Positions 9,610 through 17,888 of a stretch of 64,000 bases of DNA are shown one piece after another (positions within the stretch are counted from its first letter, which is position 1; every line of letters begins with the position of its first letter). This stretch comes from a virus. Lineage: Duplodnaviria > Caudoviricetes. The DNA is taken from IMG/VR virus record IMGVR_UViG_3300022876_000002, one strand, 5' to 3'. A program made the position numbers and the translations under genes. The notes below the pieces were generated by a model that worked only from the letters and a program-made list of their open reading frames with translations, did no database searches and was not told the DNA's origin.

Positions 9610-11714
9610 TCTTCCACCGGCAACTTGCGGATGTAGGAGTTGTCGATACCACGTACAGCGTAACGACGTGGGTCTTTCTCCAAGTTGACTGACTTGAGCA
9701 CGCTGCGATCAGTCAACTTACCGTTAGCAGTGGTGCTGGCTACGATATGCGGCTTAAGCGGTGTATACAGTCTAGTCAGCGAGTCCATGCTGCGGATACC
9801 GTCCATGTTGGACTGGTAGTTCAACTCTACGCCACTGAAGTCAGCAGTAAGTTTATTACCAGGACCCATCAGGTCCGAGTTACCTACGAACACCTCGTTT
9901 ATCAGCTCAGTAACCGCTACGTCATCGTCCATCAGTTTAATGACGTGGATGGTGTAAGAACTAAGCTGGGTCATGATATCAATCAGATCACTCTGTTTGA
10001 TGCGCATGTTAGGCTGGATGTTGGTGTCCCAGCCAGTTACCCGTTTGAAGATGTCCCAAGCAAACGCTTTACACTCAGCAGCAGTGTAATCACTAAAGTC
10101 GAACTTGTACTCGTTAAGCAACTCGTCGTACCGAGTGAAGTCGCCCAGTTTAACGATACCAGATGTATAAACAGTTTTGGTGGCTTGTTTAACCCGCGCA
10201 CGTTTGTTCAGGTCGTAGAACTGACTGTACAGCTTCTTGTGCTTCCACATGGTCTCGTACACATCGAATGCGTACTGGATCAGGTAGTCAGGTGCTACGA
10301 AGTTGGCTACCGGGAACCACAGTGCCAGGATGTCCTCTGCCAGGTATTTCGGGTAAACGTATTTCTTACCACCGATTGCCAAGATCTCCTTGACAGTAGG
10401 AGGCTTGATCCGCATCACGTTCTGGTAGTAAACCGGACAGATATGTACAGGGTTGTCACCATTGGAGTAATCAACCAAATACTTCCAGACGTGGTAAGCG
10501 TCAGTAACTGGGAGACGGACTTGTCTGCCGGTCTTTGGATCGTTAACGATAACACGGCCCAGGAACTTCTTATTACCTGCCAGGTAAACCCATTCGTTCT
10601 TAACCACCGACATTAGTGTGTCTACGTGCCGGTTGGTGTAGTCGCGCATGGCAGACTCTAGTGCTTTGGTGGGGAGCTCTGAGTGTAACGAGTTCTCACC
10701 TTTGGCTAATGCGTCTTCCTGGTAGATAGTGGTGAAGTCATAGTTGTCCTTAGCGAGTGGTTGTTGCTTCTCGATAAGGGCGGGGGTATCGATGTACGTT
10801 GGATCGCGACCGTAGTCGTCGATCAGGTTAAGGTTAAGGCGACGGTACAGCGGGGTAGGTGTAAGGTCTTCTACCTGGGTGGCGGTACCTTCTACCATGT
10901 CATATTTAGCGAGGGGGATGTTTGCTTCGGTAAGCATATTTTGCAATAGCTTATCAAAGGTAAACGACTGCCCTGGGTTATTACGCAGCCAAGCAATGTT
11001 GCGGAACAACCACATGGTCTGTTTACGCGTCAGGCTGTTTTTGTACTTTGAAAACTCGCCGTACGAATCTATATGACTCCAAATAAAGAAGTCGTGACTA
11101 TGCCGGGTGCGCATGTGCTCTAAGCGGATGGTCCCAATCCCTTGCAGGATCGACGCATAAAGCAGCTCCGACATCATCGGCATGAATAGGTCGTCGGTAT
11201 AGTTGTATTCGTGACCCATGATCTGGGACACTACCGACTTGATGTATTTCTGCAACTCCGGGATTAACTGGGTTTCATTCCAGAGTACCAATTTGGTATT
11301 GTAACGGAGGATCTTATAGTCCTCGGCCTCTATGGTCTCGCTATAGGGGATCGGCTGCAGGATACCTCGAATCAGCGTAGGCTGGGCTGGGTATTCAGCG
11401 ACCAACCGATTAAACCAGTACGTGCCTTTAGCGTACTCGCGTGCGGTAGCCAAGTGCAGCTTGAGGTTCTCTTTGTTGAAGACGATTTCTTCATCGGTGT
11501 CAAGAGACCGGATCACCATTGGGACGTCAGTCTCGTGGTAATCGCCGTTAAGGTTCATGTAGTAACGCCATGTGGTCTTATCTTCACTGATCACATGCCC
11601 TACACGTTCCAATGCTTGGTTGTACCGCTTCGCCCAGAGTTCGATCTTGACGATCATAGTTCTTGTTAGGGCGAACGTGTCCCTGAAGAACTTGTCCTTA
11701 TCCGCATTGTTCAT
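9606..11714 (-). CDS. Virion structural protein, probable baseplate wedge subunit (phiKZ gp128-like)
   Basis: 702 aa; YYMNLNGDYHETD..M.I.SLDT...I.F.KENL..H and WLFRNIAWLRNNPGQSFTFDKL motifs; divergent from the portal. Confidence 0.65.
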   Translation of the reverse strand: MNNADKDKFFRDTFALTRTMIVKIELWAKRYNQALERVGHVISEDKTTWRYYMNLNGDYHETDVPMVIRSLDTDEEIVFNKENLKLHLATAREYAKGTYWFNRLVAEYPAQPTLIRGILQPIPYSETIEAEDYKILRYNTKLVLWNETQLIPELQKYIKSVVSQIMGHEYNYTDDLFMPMMSELLYASILQGIGTIRLEHMRTRHSHDFFIWSHIDSYGEFSKYKNSLTRKQTMWLFRNIAWLRNNPGQSFTFDKLLQNMLTEANIPLAKYDMVEGTATQVEDLTPTPLYRRLNLNLIDDYGRDPTYIDTPALIEKQQPLAKDNYDFTTIYQEDALAKGENSLHSELPTKALESAMRDYTNRHVDTLMSVVKNEWVYLAGNKKFLGRVIVNDPKTGRQVRLPVTDAYHVWKYLVDYSNGDNPVHICPVYYQNVMRIKPPTVKEILAIGGKKYVYPKYLAEDILALWFPVANFVAPDYLIQYAFDVYETMWKHKKLYSQFYDLNKRARVKQATKTVYTSGIVKLGDFTRYDELLNEYKFDFSDYTAAECKAFAWDIFKRVTGWDTNIQPNMRIKQSDLIDIMTQLSSYTIHVIKLMDDDVAVTELINEVFVGNSDLMGPGNKLTADFSGVELNYQSNMDGIRSMDSLTRLYTPLKPHIVASTTANGKLTDRSVLKSVNLEKDPRRYAVRGIDNSYIRKLPVEE

Positions 11715-11737
11715 AATTAGTCACCAAAGGGTTCAAT

Positions 11738-14700
11738 ATGTCCTACAGAGTGCGAGCGACGACGATAGGTAACCAGCGCGCTGACTATACTCAAATCAGC
11801 AAGAGCTTTACCAACCTACCGCCAGCTATTCAGTCAACGGTGCGAAACGCTGTACCACAAAACGGTCTCACACCTGAGAAAGGGGATATCGGTGGTACGG
11901 ATACAGTCAACCAATATAAACTGCAAAGGCTTAGTGACGTAATCAGTAACAACATCAATGCCGTAACCGACCTGCGGGCAATTACCCCGTATGTGGACAA
12001 AGCGGAGTTGATCTGGAACACCATTCTGCTGTACCCCAATGGTAAGCAGGAACGTATCCTCACCTATGACACTCTGCCGTCTCAGTTCAAGAACAACGCG
12101 TTGCACTTAGAACTGTTGAAGGTGTGGGAAGAATACTTCACCAACGACTATAGGATCGAGGAAGAACTCAGCAAAATTATCAACGATATCCTGTGGAATA
12201 CTGGGTCTTACGTGCTCTTTAACTTGAGCCGTCCTGGTCTGGATTACTTGATCAATGGTAGTGAGTTCGATCCAAAGAAAGCCCGTGAAGGTACCGAGGC
12301 TTTCATGGAATACCGCAACAAATCCCTGGAGGAGTTGCGTCGGGAATTCGTAGAGGTTAATGGTCAAGTCCGCGCCAAGAACATTGGCAAGATGATCCGC
12401 GACCCTAATGCACCTGAAAAATCCAAGGTGAGTGGTCTTGAAGCTATTCTTAGCGGCGGTACCACTGAGGCTGGGTTGGAATTCAACCTGTTCGGTAGTG
12501 ATGTGGACCCCGATAACGACATGGGGATCACCTTTACTGACAACCCGGCGGTGCTGTACTTCCAGAAACTCAAAGAGAAAGACCGGATCAACCATGCGCA
12601 CAATGTGATGGGTGCTGAGAACCTCGATCTGATGATCGACCAGTTGCTCACCCAGCCTGAGGCTAAGGATCCAAAAGATCCAATCACCGACAAGGATACC
12701 AAGGTAAGGCAGAAAAAGGCAGAGCCTTCGGAAGCTACCACCAAGAACCTTGACGAGCCCATGATCGCAGCTGCTGCGCGTGAGCTTTACCGTGCACGGA
12801 ACATCCATCACCAGTCGATGCAGTTCGTTAAGCCTATTGACACTCTGTCGGTAGCGCCTTACGGTCGTGGTCTTACTTGGCATATCCCTAGTGAAGCGGT
12901 AATTCCAATTCATTATAACGGTCAGAACAAGCGTCAGGGTGACTTCATTTTCCTGATCGATCCTGAGGAGGGTACCTTCCTCAAGAACACTGCTGACCCG
13001 GAATACTACCAGTCGGTCAACAAGACCAAGAACGGCATCGGCAATAAGAACAAGGCTGGTAGTGAGAACAACCTCATTAGCAGTCTGCGGGTGATCCAAG
13101 AAGGCAAGGAATGCGAATTCGACATGTCCGAATTCGTTGACATTGCCAAGAAGTCGATTATCAAGCAGTTCACTTCGGCTATTCTGAGCGACAAGGCTGA
13201 GAACATCAGCATCACTATTGACGAAGAGACCAACAAGATTTTCTTGAGCCGTCTGTTCCGTCGTCAAGGTGTGCGTTGCTTGTATGTGCCTGGTGAAGCC
13301 GTTACCTACATGGCTCTGAAATTCAGTCGTCTGGGTACTGGTCAGTCGTTGACTCAGCTGGCTAAGATGCACATCGCTCGTCTGGCTGCATTTGACGTAG
13401 CGGATGCTCTGGCTAACCTGGAGGCTGCTCAGCCTCACACGCTGATGACTCTGACTCACGGTAAGGAAGACGGGGATCCAAACAACACAGTCGCTATTGC
13501 GCGGGCTGCGTTCTACGATCAGAACCCTAAACTCCACTCGATGCTGGCCAGTGCCCAGCTGTCTGTCCCGTCGATTGTAAACGCCCTGAAAGACTCCTCG
13601 TTGACCGTTAAGATCAATGCTGGTGACAACCCGTTAGTGGCTGCTCCAGAAATCGACATGCAGCAAATGGAGAAAAACTATTTCAAGCCGGTGGCTGATG
13701 AGTCTCGTCAGAAGGTGTTGAACGATATCTCTAACTACTTCTTCACTCCTCGGAGTTGGTTGGACGTTAGTGACGATCAGAACAACTTCAAGATTGAGGC
13801 TATTACCGAACACGAGATGGTTACCAACCAGGCTGTTAACTGGCAAGCTGCGCTGGCTGAGTTCATTGTGGACTTCCAGAAGAAACACACCCGTGTTAAC
13901 GCTCCATTGCTTACTAAGCTGATTCAGTGCATCAAGGACAACAAGAAATACTGGAAGCCAGACAACGCTAAGGAAGCAATTGCTGGTGACGACGGCACGG
14001 TTATCAAGACCCTGCTGGCTGACTTCTTTGTAGGTGTTAAGGTTAGCTTCCCTGAACCTACCAGTATGGAAACCACTGACAAACTCAAGAACCAATTGGA
14101 CTCGATCCAGGCTCTGGTTGAGAAGTGGATGGAGATGGCCGGTGACGGCATTATCATGGATTCCATTGTTAAGACCTTGGGTCTCAATACGGAAATGGCT
14201 ACACCGGATGAGATCAACAAGCACGTGAAAGCTTACTTCTACGCGGAGGCCTTCAAGAAGTTCAACATCCCAATGCCGTTCGACGAGATCGTCAACGACG
14301 GTAAAGGTGGTGGTATTGCTTCGTTGGTACACGGTATCGTGCATCAGCAGGTCAACATGCAGGAGTTTGTGGTCGCTTACCTTACAGAGAAGCAGAAGGC
14401 TACCAAGGACTTCATTAAGAAGAACCAGACCAAGCTGCAGAAACTGTTTGATGAGCAACCTGAGGTACCAGAAGGTGAGCCACAGCTGGATGCTGACGGT
14501 AATCCGATTCCTGGTACTGAAGATGTTCCAGGTGACGACAACGCAGGTGGTGGGTACAATCCGTTTGGTGGGGATGCTCAGACGGATGATTCTGTACCTG
14601 GTGATGATGATGTACCTCCAGGGGATGATGACACCCCGCCTGGCGATGATTCTGGTGCTAGTGGTGACACACCTACAGAACCAGATGACGATGCTGGCGA

Positions 14701-14773
14701 TAGCGCCGGTGGTAAGGGTAGCAATGATCCAAGCTCCCCTAACTACGATCCGTTCACTGGCGGTAAGGCGTAA
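11738..14773 (+). CDS. Portal protein (phiKZ gp129 / SPN3US gp81-like)
   Basis: 1011 aa; opposite strand at the portal position; internal G-x-E sites (EGTE, SGLE, MGAE); long acidic P/G/D-rich C-tail. Confidence 0.65.
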   Translation: MSYRVRATTIGNQRADYTQISKSFTNLPPAIQSTVRNAVPQNGLTPEKGDIGGTDTVNQYKLQRLSDVISNNINAVTDLRAITPYVDKAELIWNTILLYPNGKQERILTYDTLPSQFKNNALHLELLKVWEEYFTNDYRIEEELSKIINDILWNTGSYVLFNLSRPGLDYLINGSEFDPKKAREGTEAFMEYRNKSLEELRREFVEVNGQVRAKNIGKMIRDPNAPEKSKVSGLEAILSGGTTEAGLEFNLFGSDVDPDNDMGITFTDNPAVLYFQKLKEKDRINHAHNVMGAENLDLMIDQLLTQPEAKDPKDPITDKDTKVRQKKAEPSEATTKNLDEPMIAAAARELYRARNIHHQSMQFVKPIDTLSVAPYGRGLTWHIPSEAVIPIHYNGQNKRQGDFIFLIDPEEGTFLKNTADPEYYQSVNKTKNGIGNKNKAGSENNLISSLRVIQEGKECEFDMSEFVDIAKKSIIKQFTSAILSDKAENISITIDEETNKIFLSRLFRRQGVRCLYVPGEAVTYMALKFSRLGTGQSLTQLAKMHIARLAAFDVADALANLEAAQPHTLMTLTHGKEDGDPNNTVAIARAAFYDQNPKLHSMLASAQLSVPSIVNALKDSSLTVKINAGDNPLVAAPEIDMQQMEKNYFKPVADESRQKVLNDISNYFFTPRSWLDVSDDQNNFKIEAITEHEMVTNQAVNWQAALAEFIVDFQKKHTRVNAPLLTKLIQCIKDNKKYWKPDNAKEAIAGDDGTVIKTLLADFFVGVKVSFPEPTSMETTDKLKNQLDSIQALVEKWMEMAGDGIIMDSIVKTLGLNTEMATPDEINKHVKAYFYAEAFKKFNIPMPFDEIVNDGKGGGIASLVHGIVHQQVNMQEFVVAYLTEKQKATKDFIKKNQTKLQKLFDEQPEVPEGEPQLDADGNPIPGTEDVPGDDNAGGGYNPFGGDAQTDDSVPGDDDVPPGDDDTPPGDDSGASGDTPTEPDDDAGDSAGGKGSNDPSSPNYDPFTGGKA

Positions 14774-14778
14774 ATAGC

Positions 14779-14835
14779 AAAAAAAGAAGTAACGTCTATA
14801 ACCCCTACCCAGCCATTGGCTGGGTAGGGGTTATA
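14779..14835 (-). terminator. Intrinsic terminator at a convergent junction
   Basis: Perfect 18-bp stem 14797-14835 with an A-tract at 14779-14785 (U-tract for minus-strand RNA). Confidence 0.8.
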
Positions 14836-14840
14836 TTTGC

Positions 14841-15269
14841 TTAACGTTTGATCTTGGTGAAATTCAAGCCGGTAAGTTCTTTAACGCCGTCGTCACCAAT
14901 GGTCACAATACGCATATGGAGATGTCCGTAGCCGTAGTAAGGCCCTTCCGTTGCACCGGTCTCGATATAGATGTAAATCTTGTTCCATGACTTGCCATCA
15001 ACGTGATGGTCCAGGGCATTTAACAAGCAAGCAGTAACACGATGTTCCAGATTGGGCGTACGCAACAAGGCTTTCGGCCAATTGCCTGCCCGACGAATAG
15101 CACGGAACTGCTTGGAGATTGGTTCCGGATCAACAAATGCGCTATCACCAACTTCAACAGCTTGTTTGAATACGTCGGTGCCTTTCACCAATATTGGGAA
15201 CTCGGTGAACTCGAACGGTTGTTCTTTACTGTCTTGTTCCAATAGCAGGTTCAATGCAAGTTTGGTCAT
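14841..15269 (-). CDS. Hypothetical accessory protein
   Basis: 142 aa, closely coupled to the upstream ORF. Confidence 0.7.
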   Translation of the reverse strand: MTKLALNLLLEQDSKEQPFEFTEFPILVKGTDVFKQAVEVGDSAFVDPEPISKQFRAIRRAGNWPKALLRTPNLEHRVTACLLNALDHHVDGKSWNKIYIYIETGATEGPYYGYGHLHMRIVTIGDDGVKELTGLNFTKIKR

Positions 15270-15270
15270 A

Positions 15271-15774
15271 TTAACTTACTCCGTGGATTTGTTCGTAAAT
15301 TACCCAGTCGACGCCACGTACTCTGATGTAGCGATGCGGGGCTGGTTCGTAAGGGTCTTCAGTAAAGATGACAGATAGTCGTCTGCTCATGTGCCCGCCA
15401 ACCAACAGGTTTTCTTCCATAAGACCCAACACTATTTCACGTGCCAGCTCTTTAGGCTTACGTCGGATAGCTTTGTCACCATTCAGTACTAATGGGTTAA
15501 GTATATCAGCGATGGCATTCACCATGCTAACCCCATTAGTATCATTAATGGCATTAAGGTCTATCTCGTACCAACTACCTGGTTCCTTGGGAGGTTTCGG
15601 TGTGGCCTTATCCAGCTCCTTAAGCCGCTGCACTAGATACTTCTTGAACTCAGGGCCAGAAGGTCGGGTGTCTTCACCAGATTTCTTGGTGGTGTCGTAG
15701 ACACTGTAATAAGACAGGAGCTCGGCGAGTTCAGTGAGTGTGAATTTGTCCAGTTTGTTCTTACACGGGGTCAT
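15271..15774 (-). CDS. Hypothetical accessory protein
   Basis: Start reassigned to ATG 15774 (GAGG upstream, TAATG overlap); 167 aa. Confidence 0.7.
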   Translation of the reverse strand: MTPCKNKLDKFTLTELAELLSYYSVYDTTKKSGEDTRPSGPEFKKYLVQRLKELDKATPKPPKEPGSWYEIDLNAINDTNGVSMVNAIADILNPLVLNGDKAIRRKPKELAREIVLGLMEENLLVGGHMSRRLSVIFTEDPYEPAPHRYIRVRGVDWVIYEQIHGVS

Positions 15775-16019
15775 TAAACATCTACCTCGTTTTGGATCTC
15801 CAAGCACAGAGCCCACTTCTCAGAACGGTTAGGGTCTGCTTTGATACCAGCCCCTGGAATAAATGCCAGCGATTCAGACATCATACCAGTTGGCCCGCGC
15901 GAGTTAACGCGCATCATTACCCCACCAGGTACTTTCATTACAGTTGTAGATTTTACTGGATAACCCGTGCCCTCTGTGACTAGAGGGTACCATTCGCCGC
16001 CTGGGAATTTATTAGCCAT
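15774..16019 (-). CDS. Small hypothetical protein
   Basis: 81 aa; GGAG 8 nt upstream of ATG. Confidence 0.7.
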   Translation of the reverse strand: MANKFPGGEWYPLVTEGTGYPVKSTTVMKVPGGVMMRVNSRGPTGMMSESLAFIPGAGIKADPNRSEKWALCLEIQNEVDV

Positions 16020-16036
16020 GTCATATTCTCCTAGAC

Positions 16037-16063
16037 AAAAAAAGAAGGACTCCGAAGAGTCCT
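16037..16063 (-). terminator. Intrinsic terminator with cUUCGg loop
   Basis: AGGACUC-UUCG-GAGUCCU followed by UCUUUUUUU on the minus strand. Confidence 0.8.
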
Positions 16064-16091
16064 AAGGGGAAACAGCGCTAGCTGTTTAGGA

Positions 16092-16162
16092 GGGTTACCT
16101 AGCACACAGTCTTAGGACCGAAGTCCAATGCCCTAAAGCAGGCGTCGTATGCTAGGTAACCC
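16092..16162 (-). ncRNA. Candidate structured RNA (three-way junction) in the 3' UTR of the 335-aa gene
   Basis: 16-bp closing stem with one U-G pair, enclosing GCCU-GCUUUA-GGGC and GGAC-UUCG-GUCC hairpins. Confidence 0.5.
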
Positions 16163-16169
16163 AAACTCG

Positions 16170-17177
16170 TTAAACTTTCAAGTGGCTGTATGGGAAAGGT
16201 ACATCAAACATTTCCCACATCTTGGAAAGGACACCCTTCATACTTTCCAGATTGGCCAATTGTACTGTTAGTGAATTACTAGGACCTTGCGCGTTGCGGT
16301 AGCAGGCGCCCGGAACAGTGGTGAGTACCCAGGTGAAGAACTCCAGCGTAAGGACTGTTTCGAAAGCTTTCTCTGCGGATTGCAGAAGGACAGATTCCGA
16401 CCAGGACCGGTTGCCGGTTTTAACCAGGTCTTCAAACAAAAAGTGGGCGAACACTGTAGAGGCCGTGGTAGCCATTGCAGTATTAAAGGTGTGATCCGAC
16501 TCAGCCCAGCACAGAAACTCTTGTCGAGCTTCCAGTTGGTCACGGTAGTCAGTGTCAGTAGCGAATTGCTTTTTAGTCTTTGCGTAGATCCCGGTAAATA
16601 TCCCGGGGATGCGCTTAGCTATGCTGACGGAAAAGGAAACCACTGGCTCGCTAATCAATACCATAATTGTTGTTTTACGAGCTTCCGATATCCCTACAAC
16701 TTTGACCTCGCCATTCAGTACGCTTTCCATCATGTCTTTACGGACATTAGAAAGCTCTGCCTCCGTGCGCTGTGGCTCAACGGCCTCGAGCGAAGTTACT
16801 TCCGGCACCAGCTTGCCATCAACCAGGTAATGGATATTTTCCAGTGTACCGCAGGTGTGGATCTGGTCTACCTGCGCTACGTTGTAGTTGGTGATACCTT
16901 GTTCCAGAGTAGTGCCGTTCATGCACTTCACCACACCACCAACGGACTCACGAGATACGTGAGGGAAACCACGCTCGTCCAGGTACAGACGGTTGAGCGA
17001 GAAATAGATCGAGCGGCACAGCACGACTGGGATGCGGGACTCGCCTTTAACCAGTTCTGCGATGCCAGCTACAGTCATACCGCTAGCGCCATTGTTGTGG
17101 TCATCCAGGATACGACCCGAAGTGTGGTTAACGGCGTCAACGATTGCTGCGAAATTGTTTACGTTGTTCATGGACAT
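16170..17177 (-). CDS. Chimeric hypothetical protein (N-half paralog of the 160-aa gene, C-half paralog of an internal domain of the 798-aa gene)
   Basis: 335 aa; visible alignments to both neighbours, including a shared SKMWEMFDVPFPY. Confidence 0.75.
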   Translation of the reverse strand: MSMNNVNNFAAIVDAVNHTSGRILDDHNNGASGMTVAGIAELVKGESRIPVVLCRSIYFSLNRLYLDERGFPHVSRESVGGVVKCMNGTTLEQGITNYNVAQVDQIHTCGTLENIHYLVDGKLVPEVTSLEAVEPQRTEAELSNVRKDMMESVLNGEVKVVGISEARKTTIMVLISEPVVSFSVSIAKRIPGIFTGIYAKTKKQFATDTDYRDQLEARQEFLCWAESDHTFNTAMATTASTVFAHFLFEDLVKTGNRSWSESVLLQSAEKAFETVLTLEFFTWVLTTVPGACYRNAQGPSNSLTVQLANLESMKGVLSKMWEMFDVPFPYSHLKV

Positions 17178-17237
17178 TTCCTTAATATAATAATTGGTGT
17201 TGGTGGTCCCCTATGGACCACCGTACACGTGTAACAG

Positions 17238-17720
17238 TTAGAAGCTTGCGTGACCGATTTTAGCGCGACGTGCTTCATCGATGATGAATGCCGCTGCAGT
17301 CATTTCAGCTACTTCACCTTCTTCGAAGAGTTTGACTGGAACCAGTTGGCCCAGGCGCATCTTGTAGAAGTTGGTGAGGAAAGCAGTACCGTGTTCGTTG
17401 GTAGCATGAGTGGTATTGTAAGTTACTACCGACTCGCGCAGATCCACCGGAACCAATCCGCCAAATACTGGCTTCATGTCACGGAACATCAACCCACCGA
17501 CCGACCGACGGGACAGACGCACTTTACCATCTTTGAGGTAAACCTCATTAAGGGTGAAGTGTTCTTCGTCGAAAAGGCCAACTGGGGTTACAACACCGTC
17601 ACGATGCAGCAGCGCAATGCCGCTTACCATTGCACGGGTGATAGGGTCGTTGTCATCGCCAATGAAACCGTGGGCTTCATTAACAGCTTTGACAATTGCA
17701 GCGTAGTCATAGTTAGACAT
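17238..17720 (-). CDS. Hypothetical protein, paralog of the N-terminus of the 335-aa gene
   Basis: 160 aa; YAAIVKAVN...GIA.L...PV.L......F.LN..YL...G...SR.SVGG shared; AAGGAG upstream. Confidence 0.75.
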   Translation of the reverse strand: MSNYDYAAIVKAVNEAHGFIGDDNDPITRAMVSGIALLHRDGVVTPVGLFDEEHFTLNEVYLKDGKVRLSRRSVGGLMFRDMKPVFGGLVPVDLRESVVTYNTTHATNEHGTAFLTNFYKMRLGQLVPVKLFEEGEVAEMTAAAFIIDEARRAKIGHASF

Positions 17721-17773
17721 GGTGAACTCCTTAGAAGATTTAGTAATCCAAATGAATTACTGTTCTTATTCAC

Positions 17774-17795
17774 CCTAGTTATATAGATCTGAGAT
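17774..17795 (-). promoter_or_regulatory. Candidate phage promoter motif, copy 1
   Basis: ATCTCAGATCTATATAACTAGG; 16/22 identical to 23112-23133; lies between a hairpin and the next gene. Confidence 0.35.
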
Positions 17796-17823
17796 TGTGT
17801 AGAAATTAAAATTACGGAATAGA

Positions 17824-17854
17824 CCCCTACCCACCCGTTAAGGGTGGGTAGGGG
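17824..17854 (-). terminator. Terminator-like hairpin after the 798-aa gene
   Basis: 13-bp stem CCCCTACCCACCC / GGGTGGGTAGGGG. Confidence 0.7.
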
Positions 17855-17888
17855 CTATCTCTAAACTAATTGCGCAATTAACTCAGTA

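Noticed and set aside
16092-16162. tRNA or hammerhead ribozyme interpretation of the three-way junction
   Set aside because: No 7-bp acceptor stem, T-loop or CCA, and no CUGAnGA/GAAA core; kept only as an unassigned structured RNA.
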